Shown piece after piece: positions 14,081 through 27,880 of a stretch of DNA of 64,000 nucleotides (the first letter of the stretch is position 1; each line of letters opens with the position of its first letter). Origin of the DNA: Geosiphon pyriformis uo1 (taxonomy: Eukaryota > Fungi > Glomeromycota); assembly GCA_016748015.1 (NCBI GenBank), contig JAAOMT010000273.1, forward strand, positions 1 to 64,000. Reading direction: 5' to 3'. Under the pieces are notes generated by a model. It searched no databases. It was not told the DNA's origin and saw only the letters and a program-made list of their open reading frames with translations. The translations under genes and the position numbers were made by a program.

Positions 14081-16360
14081 AAGTTAGTTTTAACTCTTTG
14101 TCTTCTTAATTTTATGACCATGATCAGAGCAAAGAGTAAAAAGACTGCACCTGATATCTGTTCTAAGATATCTAATAAAATTTCAACCAGAAAAGCTCTT
14201 TCTGTTGTAGAAGCAACTAGACAAAACGTTTTAGAAGTCTTTCCCTTACTCAGTAATCATGAAAAACTGTCTTTGGTAGCCACTGAATCAATTTCTTCAT
14301 CTTTGGCTGGTTTTTCACCAGTCAAAGTTCCTTCAAAGAGACACACTTGGGTTAGTCCCAGTGTTGCCTTCATCTCGACTAAAAGCCCAAAAGTTTTTAA
14401 TAATAGACCAGTAAATAAGCTGGTCTTCCCCTCTATAGACTCAATATCTGGTGTTTCTAGCATCACCTCTTCAAAAAAAATGGTCAAAAAGACCAAAAGT
14501 TCAGAAAAGTGGGGGCAGTTGCTTGCCTCTGCTATTATTACACCAAACCCCTTTGTGGTTCCCAATGAGATCTCAGTAGCATCATTTAGCATGTCATCCA
14601 AGATGGGCCAAGATCAACCACTGGCTGTGTTGTCAAATGTGGTGTTTTCCAACAGATCATTACCAATTTTAGAAGCAAAACAATCTCCTTTTGTTGGGTC
14701 ACCTGTTCTTGGGAACTAAGCTGATCAAATAGAAACTGATTCATCTCCTCCTCTAGTTTCTAGTGCTACTTCTGGTGGTGCTTGGAAAACTATTACTAGT
14801 CGTCAAAGATTTGCTGAGTGGGTGGCCTCTACTCTGGTGTCTGATGCTACTTTTAAGATCAAATTGGCTCATGTTAAGACTGTTTTTCAGTCTGTGCATA
14901 GTTTTTTGAGTGCTAAATCTGTTTCAAAAGACAATGTAAAGCTTTTTTGTGTGGAGTTTGTTTCTCAACAGTCTTTGGAAGCTGCATTTCTGGTTGAGCT
15001 TACAAGCTCTATTTGTTTGACCATTCTTAAAATTGCCAAGTCTTTGGTGGTTTCTGAATCTGGTTCTTCTTCTGCTACTGTTGCGCTATGTGATGTACCT
15101 TTGGGTGTGTCTGCTGCTGACATTAAGTTGGCTTTCAGTGTGTTTGATAGTGTTACTTGTGTTGTGTTAAAGCCTGCTGACATTTGGCAGTATGTAGTGG
15201 TTTATTTTGAAAAGTTGGACTCTGCTGTGTCTGCCTTGAAGCATTGGTCAGTTTTGGTGGACAAGGATAGTATTAGAATCCTTCCTCTGGTGAATCAAAA
15301 TGAGACTATTTTGTGATAAGTTTAAGGCCAAATTGGTCAACCTTTCCCCTGGCTGTACTGCTTTTGAAATCAGTAATATGATTTCTCAGATTGATGGTTA
15401 AACATGTTTTATCACTTGTTTTTCTGATTCTGGTCATTGTTCCCAGTTTGCTTTGGTTACATTTGACTCTTAAGGCGATTTGGATTCTGCTGTAGTCAAG
15501 ACTGGTACTCTAAGAAAATGCCGTATCTGGTGGGAAACTCCTGGCTGCCGGCGCTGCTTTAAGTGTCAAGAAATGGGCCATCTGGCTATGGATTGCAAGA
15601 TTTCTCCACCTTTTACTCTCAAGATTCCCAAGGTTTTCAAGTCTCATTTTGTGGGTTCTGCTTTATATGCCAAGACTGCTGCTCCTTCTGGTCTTTCTGA
15701 GTTTCCTCCTTTAGTGGCTTTTTCAGCTGCTTCTGCTGCTAATTCTGTTGTTAATTCCAGGTTGGACTCTTTAAAAAAGCAGATTTCAGATTTGGCTGCT
15801 CTGGTTAAGTCTATTGTTGAGCCTGTTGGTTCTTTGGTTGCTTTGGTGTCTTATCTTCTTAATGATAATGCCATTAAGGCTGTTCAGGTTGAGAAAGATA
15901 TCATTTTTTTGAAGAGTGCTGCTAACAATTTTTCTAACCTCATGGTTGGAGTTTCCAAGAACATTGCTTGTCTTAGATCTGAGGTTGACTTTGGTGATAT
16001 GGATTATGATGATGTTCTGGCTGTTAAGCCTTTCTTTTTAAGTGAGAATACTATTGAGCATGTCATTGCTTTGTGACAAATGTCTGGTGCTGAAACCAGG
16101 GGCAATATTAAGTCTATTAGATTGTTTCTTAATGAGTTTATTTTTGATTCTAGGAATCTGAATGGTATTATTGAGAGAATTCATGGGTTGGGGTTATTCT
16201 TACTTACTTTTGATTCAGTGTAGTAAGTTTTTGATTGGGCCAAGTGTCTGATCATGTATAGAAAATGCATAATTTACGCCTATAATGTAATCTCTTCTGT
16301 GGTATCATAGTTTAAGTAGTATTTGGGTCTCACTTATTTAAATATAATAAAAAAAAAAAA
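14081..16360 (+). mobile_element. ORF1-only non-autonomous non-LTR retroelement (HAL1-like), copy A, with disrupted ORF 14114-16223
   Basis: Gag/ORF1-like protein with an RRM-like segment and CCHC knuckle (CFKCQEMGHLAMDC). The stop is followed directly by the LINE-type 3' tail and poly(A). Candidate TSD AAAAATTAAC at 14071-14080 and 16357-16366. No ORF2. Confidence 0.85.
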
Positions 16361-17627
16361 ATTAACTTTATAACATATATATTATTAAAAATATCAAAAA
16401 AAACAAATTTTTTTAATATTAATAACTAATTTAAAAAAAACAAAAAAGTTAATTTTTTGGTTTATTTGGATATTTAAATAAATACAAAAAGAATAAAATA
16501 GTTTTATTATTAATTTATTATTAAAAAATTTTGAATTTTATATAATAATTGTAATTATATTAAAATTGGTTTTAATTAATTGCTTAAAAAAGATTTTAAA
16601 TAAAAAAAACTTTTATTTAAAGCCAAAAACAATGTCTTAACAACAATTAAAAATTGCTTTAATTTATATATTTAAAAAAACTTAATAAAAAAATATTAAA
16701 AACTTTTTAAGTATTAAATTAATAAAAATAAATAAAAATAAAAAAGTTTTTTTATAATATAATTTTTTTAAAATATTATAAAAATAAAAATTAATAATTA
16801 ATTAATATTGTATTTTTGTAATTACAATAAAAAAAAACAACTTTGATTTTATTGGTTTATAATAATATAAATATTTAAAAAATTTTTTAACTATAAATAA
16901 TGTTTTATAAAATTGGTTTTCTTAAATAATAAAAATATTAAATAGTTTTTAACTATTAAAAAACCTTATTTTTTTATTTTTTAAAGTTTTTCAAAATAGT
17001 TTATTAAAACTAAATATTATTATTGCCTAAAATTTAATAATCAAGCTATTATTTTTTCAACTTTTTTTTATTGCTATTTAAATAACTAAAAAATTAAAAT
17101 GTTTTTTCAAAAATACCAAAAAGTTACCTTTTTTAAAAATCCTAAAAAAAATAGGGTTTTTAATTTTTTTAAAGCATTTTTACTGTTTTAAAACTTGTCA
17201 AAAAATAAGTTATTAATTTTTTTATTTTTTCAAATGTTTTCATTAGTTTTATATTAATAATAATAATTATAATGCCTAATTTTATTTTGGTTGTAAACAA
17301 TAATTTTTTTTTGTTTTAAACAATAGTAGCAATAATACATTTACCAAATTAGTTTTGAATTGGTATTTAATTATATTATTTAACATAAATGGTTTTAATT
17401 AATTATTGTTAATTATAAAAATAAATCAAGTCATGCTTTAGTATTTTAGTTTGTTAAAATTATGTGTTTAGTTATTATCCATATTCTCTTTTGTTTCTGT
17501 AAATAAAAACGCGAAACAGTTCGGGTAAACCTAATTCCTAATTTCGTCTGATAGGTCAGTAAATATATGGAGATGGGAACTTCGATTAAATATTTTACCT
17601 TTAAAGTAACTTGCCTGAACTTTTGAA

Positions 17628-19044
17628 ATGAATGATACGCGTCAAGAACCCGGTGAAGGTACTATAACTACCCTTGGCTCACTAAATTCTGAATATCGGA
17701 CAACCCTGAGCACAAAATCCTTTTCTCCAGATACAAGTGTACAACGTTTTGAGCACCAAGTGAGCGGTCATGATAAACTTATATCAATAAATGATGGTGC
17801 ACTCATTGTGAAACCATGCAACGATATCGAATGTGACTTTTATGAAAATAGCGTATTGCATCTCGAATTTGCTAAATGGATGCCCAAATATTATGGAAGA
17901 TTACAGTTACAAGGGACTCAATCAAATTTATCCACAATTTCTCCCAAAATTTTGGAGGCCGTGGCTGCAGGCCTTGAAGGCGTATCAAGTATCAACGTGG
18001 AGCTTGAAGCGGGGATGAAGGCACTTGAGAGTATTGGTACAGTAGTTGACAAGAATGTCATTGCGCAAGAAGGTAAAAGATAACCTGTTAACCTCACTAA
18101 TGTTGATGATATCCTTTTTTGCCATTTGATATATAATATCTGAAATTATTTTTGTTTAACTCTTTAGATTGAATCATAATTATGAAGTTCCCTTTTGAAT
18201 TATTCATCACTTTACTAACTTGATTAAAATTCTATTTCGAATTTCATCCATTACCTTCCTTTCTCTTATGATACACAAGCCATCTGTATCGAGAACCTTT
18301 TGCTCGGGTTCAAAAAACCATGTATTATGGATGTAAAACTAGGTACCCAATATTATGGTCCAGATGCTAATGAGGAAAAACGCAAGAGATTGATTGCTAA
18401 AGCAGAGTCTTCCACTTCTGCAAAGCTCGGCTTACGTTTAACAGGCTTAAAGGTTTGAGGCGATCAATATCTTCACAAAGCAATCACCTAAATTGATAAA
18501 ATCTCTTTTTACCATTCATTTAATGCTAGTGTATATTTGATATTTTCCAATCCACAATTAGGTTTATAATAATTCAAACGACAGCTATAGCACATATGAG
18601 CGAAAATTTGGCTATAATCTCACTGAAGAAACCATTGTTGATGGTCTTGCTAAATTTTTTACTTCAGATTTGACGTCTAAAGATCGGCGTTTAATACTTG
18701 AAAGATTTATTAAAGACCTTGAAGAGTATTATGGTGTTATCCAGAAGCAGGAATTAAGGATGTATGGTTCTTCACTATTATTTGTGTATGAAGGAGATCA
18801 AGGTACTTTGTCCGATGCATTAGTAAAAGAAAAAGAATTCATTATGGAAGATCAAAATGATGATGAGGAGGATGAGGATGAGGATGAGGATGAGGATGAT
18901 GATGAAGGATTCAAAGTTATGGACCTAAGGGCAATTGATTTTGCTCATTCCTGTTTTCAGCCCGGTATTGGAAAGGATGAAGGATATTTGCTTGGAATCG
19001 AAAATCTTAAGAAATATTTTAGACAGATTTTAGGTAGATTATGA
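17628..19044 (+). CDS. Inositol polyphosphate multikinase (IPK family, Arg82/Ipk2-like), 3 exons
   Basis: QVSGH, WMPKYYG, ENLL..FKKPCIMDVKLG (PxxxDxKxG), MYGSSLLFVYEGD, IDFAHS and DEGYLLGIENL. An acidic DE tract is encoded by a (GAGGAT)n repeat at about 18865-18900. Confidence 0.92.
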
Positions 19045-19399
19045 TTTTGTATTCACTCTTGAGATGAATTCACTGTATTATATCTATATCTATATTTATA
19101 TCTACTAACTTAAAAAGAAACCAAGAAAATCATCACTGTGTTACCAACCTGATCATATAAGGATTTATATAGCTTAATTGCCTAGTAATTGGAAAGATCC
19201 AAGATTGGTCTGATATCAGGCGTTACACGGAGAGAAGAATCATTCTATTTGCAACACTTGATTTTCCACGCGTTTTGTTTTACTAAATCCTAATAGTTTG
19301 GAATCGTTAGCCGATCAATTTTATGATTCTGCCTTCTTTTCCGTTGATCCTTGAAAAAAAACACGTCTTCCTCCTCAGTTGGTTCTAGGCTTCAAAGCC

Positions 19400-22237
19400 A
19401 TGAATTCAGGAAACCTTCCTTTGAGAGAACAACGTGCAAAACCAAAAACAATTGACTCACATGGTAAACGTTATACCTATACTATACGAGCTGATTTATT
19501 CAATCGCCAAAGAGCTTGCTTATTATGGTCCGGCGTTTTGGTATACTTCCTTGTTGTTGTGTTTCAAATTTGGTCTAGGCTTTTAACATGTTGGGGTAGG
19601 TATCCAGAAAAGGTCTATAGTCATTACTTCACATTTCAATCACTTATACGATGGTTGAAAATCGTTCTCACTTACACTTTTAGGCTATTTAACACCAGAC
19701 GCGTGCTTGGGAGGGTCGATCCTGAGTCCTTCAATGTCGTATAACACCTTAATAGCAGTTGGCTCAATATATCTATTAGGCGTGCTGCCCGTTCTATTTC
19801 TGAGAAAGTGGTATCGCAATACTTCAGGTAGATTCGATTCTTTGCTCGCATTTTTTTCCAATCTCCTATTTCTGCAAAATGGTCTGATGTCACTTTTATT
19901 TATAACTTTATGATACATTTCCTCATTTAAAGTAAGATTAGAAGTAGAAGAAAATTTTTGGGGAGACATTCGAACTTTTTTAAAAACACCTCGAACTTTT
20001 GCCACTCTACTGGTTTATGGATTATCTTCGATCAATATTGCTTGGAGTTTTTATCGTCACTTGAATCAAGTCACCCTAGATATTCCTTTGCACCTCTTCT
20101 TGCATCCCCATGATGAGTAAGTTGCCATTTTATTTAGATTGAAGTAATTAACTAGTTACCTATGGGTTTTTTAATTGTAAATTTGTTTTTTTCTCTACAT
20201 AGTGTAAAATGTTCCTTATTTCAGGAACACGCGTGTCAAAATCCCTCAAGAATATTGAACGAATACTTTTTAATCCTCTTGGTGAATAATGGGGCCTTTG
20301 GTGTTTGGTACGCGCTCGATTATCTTATTCGAGAAAGATATCTATTGTACTTTCCGGAGATGAAGGTAAACAATATCAAACTGAATATTAGCATTGCAAT
20401 TGATAATCCTTGGAATATACCTTTATTTTAGTTCTTTCGAATTGTCCTGTAGATTTCACTATTTCCTCCAATAAACCGCGATTGGCGATTCTTTTTATTG
20501 ACCATTTGGGAAGAACCGTACGACATTCTTATCAGGTCAACCTCGTGGCTTTTGGGAAATTTTTCATTGCCACTAGATCTTCTTATGGTTCCTACAAGCT
20601 TCTCAATGATATATTGGATCTTTCATTTGTTTGCATGGAAGACAGCCCATAGCTTAATTGTATTTACTTTTAAACTTTTGAGGTAAGTAAAGCCCAATGC
20701 CTTATAACACGATCTACTTCAATCACAATAAATTAAGTGCTCAAATTCTTTTTAGTATTCCCGTTTACAATTGGTTATATGATCAATTGTTCGATGTCCA
20801 ACTTTTTAATCGGACTATTATCTGCTCTTTATTTACCCTCACCTGTTGGACCTTGTCACATCGATTATTCGAGCATTTCTTCACCCGGGTATGCTTCTTT
20901 GGGATGATCAATTAGTCGATAATATCCACACTGAAAAGGTGCGAAGTGTGGTATAGTGGTTCGGGGGGCTTGAGGATCTATTTCATGCTCAAAAGAAAGG
21001 CTTATATAAATGCAAATTCACTTCTGCCGCGATATATCCACAAACCTGGATCTTCACGTTGTCAGTAGGAAGAACATTTCAATTAATCTCACCGTGTCAC
21101 TAATCCGACCCTATTTGATATATAAATATCCCACAGGTGATTTTCTCTAGTTCCACTAATGAGGTATTAGTAAATGGTTTGAATGCAAAAAACTCCCCTT
21201 ATATTCAGGTACGTCTTTTAAAATTGTATCTTGACAACAATTCCTATCCATTTTATTTATTGGGAGGTTTTTTTTTTCAGGGTCTCGCCTATCTTGAATT
21301 ATGGCATATTGCAAAAGACCCAAGGCACTTAATTCGGCGCACTTCAATATACCACGAATATGATAAAAATTCCTGGATTAACATATCCCGTGCTTGTATC
21401 GAAATAATTCTGGGCTTGGGGCATTCGGCTAATGCGCAAATTCAAGCAATACGGAAAAAGAATGAATTGATCAAGGAATGGCATAAGGATCTTAGTAAGG
21501 AACAAAAAGGAGAAAAAAACAAAAAGGAAGAAGGAAGATTTATTCAGCTTAAAGACTTCAATACTGTGGGGCTGACACCTAGGGATCCTGAATACTGGGA
21601 TTTTATTTGGTTCAAGAGATTTGACCAAAATGGCTTCTTGTATAAATGGATCGTATTCCCTTTGTTGAATCGTACAATCGAACGACGTGCCACTAATCTT
21701 TTAAGGGATAAGCATCTGGTAGTGCTTGCTACGGAAGGTACGCAGATTTTCATTTGACATCAAATTTCCTAATTTACTAAATGATCTTAGCCCTCATGTT
21801 TCTCCTCAATTCCTTGATCAGCACTAGCATCCTTGACCAAGGATTCATTAAAGTTGGATTCCTACGGTGTTGTACAACCAGACATTTCCAAAATTTTTGA
21901 GTGTTTCCTTGACTGCTTGCTTGCACTCGAAGAGTATGCAAAAAATCCACCGTTGTATGAGTGGGATTCGCGTACTCCGTCAAAGGCTCACTTAAGAGCG
22001 CTTGCAGAAATTTTGGAAATTGTAGACGGTAATAGAGATTTCTAAGAATCTGGCTTTTCTTTTGATGAATTAATACTAACTATAAAATTGCTTGATTATC
22101 TATTGTTGGCTAATATTAAAGTATTAAAAGAGGCCATTTATAGTATGACAGATGATTTTTATAATCACATGGATTATGTGAGGTTGCCGACGTTGCATTT
22201 TAATCGATTTGAAAGATTAATTCTTGAGAGGTTTTGA
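19400..22237 (+). CDS. NDC1: Transmembrane nucleoporin Ndc1, multi-exon
   Basis: Multi-TM N-terminal half, then GLAYLELWHIA..RRTSIY, ALASLTKDSLKLDSYGVVQPDI and LKEAIYSMTDDF, matching the conserved Ndc1 C-terminal blocks. Confidence 0.8.
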
Positions 22238-22561
22238 AATAGTTTCTTGTTTGTAATAACCAAGAAAAAGCAGTTCTGTATATTACATTATCAATGGTCT
22301 GTGTTAAACCCCTTCGATTAGACCGAATAATTGATTTCGGATCTTCAAGTTCATTGCGTTTCAACAGTTATGATCTTCAACCTGGACCAGAATTTTTCCC
22401 AGGTCCCATTGCGAAAATTTGTCAATCATTTAATATTAGCTTGCCAAGAATGACTTTTTAGTAAGCGATTTTGGATTCAATGTAACATAGGTCTAGAAGA
22501 GAGCAGGGATAATGAGCTGGTGAATTTGACGCAAATAAAACCAAAGAAAATATTTTTTGAC

Positions 22562-24772
22562 TTACTTGAATTCTCTCAAAATCTAAATGGGTTTGGAGAG
22601 AGCATGATTAAACTGAAAATACAATCTATCGGCGTGAAATTTGAAACGAAAGTTTATTACTCACCACAGGCACACTAGTACACGGAATCATTCCAATTTC
22701 GGTGATCACAGTAGTAATATACTGCGATGGTGTAAGGTCATACATTAGATTTAATAATTTTAGGTCTGCTTGTTGCAGCCATTCTTCAAGCTGCCCGGGC
22801 TGAGGTGTTATGGTATTAGAGAGATTTACCATTTCATTGGGGTTACCTATTTTACCAAAGATTTCAATATTGACAAATACAAGGATGCTTGAATTGTTTT
22901 GCTGGTTATTTTACCTTGCTCATTCATTACAAATGAATCTAATTGTACCCTATCGGTGAACTTGTAAGTCTCACAACATACAATTACGGGAATATTTTTG
23001 TCTTTCGCCATCATGGAAACCATGGCAGTACCAACCCGAGAATACAAAGCACCATTGGACATGAAAGCATGGGCCCCCAGAAATACTTTTGAAACATCTT
23101 TCAAAGCAAAACCCAAGGCATGCAAAAACGCGTAGGTGCAGTTGATTCCCGCATCAACTAAATATCTCAAAAGTTTCTTACCTAAAAGAAAAATAGATTG
23201 TTGGATTTTTGATGTAAAACATGATTGATTGAAGGAGGGAAAAATGAATCGAGAAAAGAGCAATAAATAGTACTTAACTGAAATGAGATTACCTTCCAAT
23301 CGAGGCCTAGAATCTATTACAATGACGCGAAACTTTATTCCTTTAGCGTGAGCTTGTAATAATAAAGCTTGAACAACTGACGACCTAAATTAGATCAATT
23401 GTAATTAAAAAATTCTCAGTTTCAATACGTGATCAAAACATTTATTAATAATGTCGAATATTTTTAATGGTGAAAAAAACCTAGCATAAGTGAGAATAAC
23501 ATCTCCATCTTGAATCTTTTGTAGACCATATTCAACAATCATACGATCTGGCACTGTAATACGATCACGAATGAATTCATCTATTTTTCCGCAGAGTAAA
23601 CTTTTTGCCTATCAATGGTCATTTTAAATTTTGAAATGTTAAAAGAATGTATTAACTATATTTCTTAGACGTGGGAATCTTTACATACCTCGTCTTCTGA
23701 AAGATCAATATCGATGGTTGAAATTTCCCATTTTAAATGTCTTATCGCGTTACCCATACTAACAGACATTGGCCTTGCATTTACAAGATAAGTAATTTGA
23801 GGAGACAGATATGTAGGCAGATGTCGTGACAATGTAGTACCCTTAGGTGTCTTATAATCTTGTATAAGCTAGAAGATATTAGGCAAACCAGGAATAATGG
23901 TCTGAATTAAGAAACTGCACCAAATAATGAATAACAAAATCAGCTTTTCTTACCTTCTTGAATGCGGCCAATGTTGCAATACACCGCGCGTTCGCGCCAC
24001 ATATCTTATATTGAGCAAATTGCAAACCAAGGACTAGAACAGCCGGATGAATTTCTTTTGGAGCCAATGCAGTGTTGGCGCCTTTTGGAGTCTCCAAATG
24101 AGAAAACAGGGCAACCTCCTTACTGGTGTCTTTGCTCAGCTTTGTTTGTTGTTGTTTTGTAGAAGGAGTTCCACCTAGACTCCCTAGAGTTTTCTTAACA
24201 CCAGCTGTGTCTGTATGAATAGTAGTCCCTAAGGATTTTTCGGGCAAAGCCGGAGACAAGGAGTCTGGGGTTGGGGTTGGTGGTTTCTTAGTCAGGATTG
24301 ACGGGTTGAGTGCAGCTTTTTCAGCACGTTGTTTGTCTTGGAAAGCACGCCGCTCTGATTTTGTCATGTCTTTCATATATTTTTTTCCCGTAGGGTTACT
24401 AGAGCTTGACGTAGCTGGTTGAGAACCACTTGTACTGTTAGCAATTGACTGTCGGCTAAGGGGTCTGGGAGAGTTACCAACTCTTATTTGTTCAATTGGT
24501 ATTCTTTCTTTTCCGCCCTCAGAAATTGGTCGTGCGCGTGGTAGACTGGGGCCACTGTTTTCGTTAGCTTCAACAAAACCGCTACCGCTTGAAAACCGCT
24601 TGTTGGCTTTCGAGCTGGAAGAACTACCTGTCGTATTAAAAGCGACTTTTCGCTCTTTTCCTGGGTCTGACAAACCACGAGCTCGTGTTGTCTCTAAGTG
24701 CTTTTTTCCTACTTCTCCTGGTAGCCATTTTGTCTCGTAGGACTCAATAAGAGGCTTGCCTTCTTGATCCAT
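22562..24772 (-). CDS. GCD2: Translation initiation factor eIF2B subunit delta, multi-exon
   Basis: [81 protein letters not shown] and [17 protein letters not shown]. Confidence 0.95.
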
Positions 24773-25346
24773 TTTTCGGTCAACTATTATATCTCAGCCG
24801 AACTCTGATTACTGTTAGAAAATGGATCGAATTCCTAGCTCACTTTTATGACTCATCTTACTTACACCTTTTTGTAATAAAGTGATGTCCCAATGACGAT
24901 GAGCCTGTCATATGATCCCAGCTAATAGTCATTGCGCGTGTATCAGTGTACCTCCGAAGTCATCAGGGATTGGTGGATGGGGTTTTGGGGGATTGCGCAG
25001 AAATAATGATCGCGTTTGTCTATAGTACAGAAACCTCCCTCCCGTTCGTTTTTTCGGAAACTTGTCTCAATTTACTACCTTTTCACCAAGATGAGAACTT
25101 ATTTCAGCCGCTTTTATTCCTCTTTTAGCCTTTCACAGTTTAATTATAGCTGTAAATTGTAATCTGATAAGAAAACTTTCCAATTATATCATCTCAAATT
25201 TATTTATATGTAGAACGTAGCTTCTTTGAGAAACTTAAAAATTCCTCATATTCTTTTATAATTTAAACTCTGAATTCACTATTCTTGGTAAAATTCATTC
25301 TGATTTTTTTGTCGATAGAAGAAAAGAATTCACTTAATCAACAACT

Positions 25347-27880
25347 ATGCCCTTCGGTATTGGATACGACATCATTCTTACCATAGCGCGTTTGAGTCTT
25401 CACGGTTTTTATAGAGAAGTAAAGACAATCGGCTATGAGAATGTACCCAAAGAAGCACCCATTATTGCCTGTTCAAATCACAGGTAGGAACGCGAAAGTT
25501 GGAGGGAGTGTATAAAACGTTTGGTTATGAGAAATTTTCAATGTCCTATGATATCGATTCACTTGATTTTTTTTATCGAAGAAAATAAATCATAAAATAC
25601 CTAGCAACAAGTAATTCCCTACCTTTAAATTTGTGAAGGCATCGAAAGTACCTATGGAGGCAGCAATTTAGAGAATTCAAATTTTATGATTCGAAAGACA
25701 AGAGACTTAATTTTTCGTGATACAATCGCCCTAATCTTAAAAAATAAGTTTGAACTGTTGAAAATTCTCCTAGTGAAAAATCGACCTCACCTTTTGTTTT
25801 TTGATCACAACAAGTAACATGATCGTTGATCCTGCCGTAGTGGCCACCACATTTCCATATAAACGCAAAGTACACTTTTGGGCAAAAAATTCAATCTTTC
25901 AAAATAAGTATGCCCGCGCGATTCTTTTCAATTCTGGGGTTGTTCCAGTTGATCGTACTACCAAAAACAATCAATCGCTGTTTTCATCAACCCTTGAGGT
26001 ATTGAGGCTGGGAGAGGTTGTTGCAGTTTTTCCTGAGGGTAAGTCTTGCGCATGCATTTTCAATGAACCTATTATCAAAGAATATTTACAACGGTCACTA
26101 TTGGATTTCTCAAAGTGACATAATCTCGATTCAAAAAGATCAATGGAAAATCAGGGTCTTAGACTAATAGCTAGAGAAAAGGACGCGAATTTTACATAAA
26201 AATATTGAAAAATGAGTTTCCCGATATCTTTTTCAGGTACATCGCACTCTGAGCCCAAACTTCTTTCTATAAGAGATGGAGCGTCATGGGTAAACATATT
26301 CAATATATCTCTAATTTTCTTATTTCACTTGAATTATTTTAATGGAATCAATGTTCTCTTACTTAGTCGGCTCTTTCATATATGAGATTTATAGCAGAAG
26401 AAATTAAGGAGTCCTCACAGTCGAATGGTGATACTTTAACAAATGGCATTAAAACCGCAAAGAGAAAAAGGTTTCCGCCACCCAAAGTGTATATTGTTCC
26501 AGTAGGTATCACTTATGTACAGAAGTCCAAATATCGGAGTTTGGTTATATCCTCGTATGTACTTTTTTTGAGATTTGGGCAATGGGGATTATGATTGGCG
26601 GATCTCTTATTTGAATACCTTGTCTTTCAAAAGATTCGGCCCAGCAATTGACGTCGAGCCTTATTACCAAAAATTTGAAAATGATGAGCGTGAGACTGTA
26701 AAATTGTTAACAAAGCATGTTGAAGAAGAGATGAAGAAATTAACAATAAATGCTCGAGATTGGTATGTGTCTGAACTTCTGATTCAATTTTTGTATATCT
26801 TGCAGGTGTTTTATGTTCAATTTACCGATCTTAGGGAAACCTCGAATGCAGCCAATATGGCTCGGATGCTTTTATTTTCGGAAGACGTAGCATTAGAAGA
26901 CTATGTCAAAATAACTCAAAGGTATGAAATGAAAATTGAGTCTTGGGAAAATACATTTTTGTTTTCAATAGTCTATTTATGAAATCTATTTTTAAATATT
27001 AGAAGATTGCATTTGATTTTACTATGCTAACCTTTAAAACCTTTTCTATATATTCATGCATTTCTCATATTCTCAGTCTGGTGAATTTCTTCGCTGCCCC
27101 CACTAGTGATGAAGTTATATCCGTGAAAAACCTATTACATGAATATAAAACGACGCTAGACACACTCTGCCTAAGCAACATTGACATTGCTCAATACGAA
27201 AAACGCGAACTCTCATTGCATTGGGCCTTTTACACCTTTTTAAGTGAATTTTTAAAATCATTAATTCAGCTGCCATTTTTCCTTCCGGGACTTTTATTCC
27301 ACTGGCCAATCTATATTATTGGAAAAATCTCGGCCAAATACGAAATTTATGAGGAAAGTAAAGCACAAAATAAGATACTACTGGGATTGGGATGGTTGTT
27401 TGCAGCGTATTTGGCGTTATTCTTTTCGGTTTGGATTGCGATGTCATTCACTCCATTAGGATTCATGCTTGCCGGCAGTTTTGTTTTTATATTTGCATGG
27501 TATCACATCGCATTAGTTGATAGGTGAGATATCATTTTCAAATTGTTCGACTTTTTTGCATATTACAGTGAATTAATTTAAATTTTCTCTTTTATAGTCA
27601 TTACGATACGTTCAAAGATGTTATCTCATCATACCGCATATTTGCTGCGTTAGCAAATGGTAAAGGAACTGATCATCGTGAAAAAATCGAAAATCTAGTG
27701 TTGACCCGTCGCACTTGTATCGGATATCTTGAGAAAATTGCCAATGATCATCGGCACAAGAGTGAGGATTTACGATTGGTTCTAGAGTATCGAGAACGTG
27801 TTTATGGGAGTTTTTACCAAAATGGAGCAAATGGGGTTGAAATTATGAATAGGAAGACCGAAGGAAAAAAATTGCAATGA
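25347..27880 (+). CDS. Glycerol-3-phosphate/DHAP acyltransferase (Sct1/Gpt2-like, PlsC domain), multi-exon
   Basis: Spliced NHSNMIVD (HxxxxD), GVVPVDR, FPEGTSH, IVPVGITY..KSKYRS and LPGLLFHWPIY, plus C-terminal TM helices. Confidence 0.9.
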
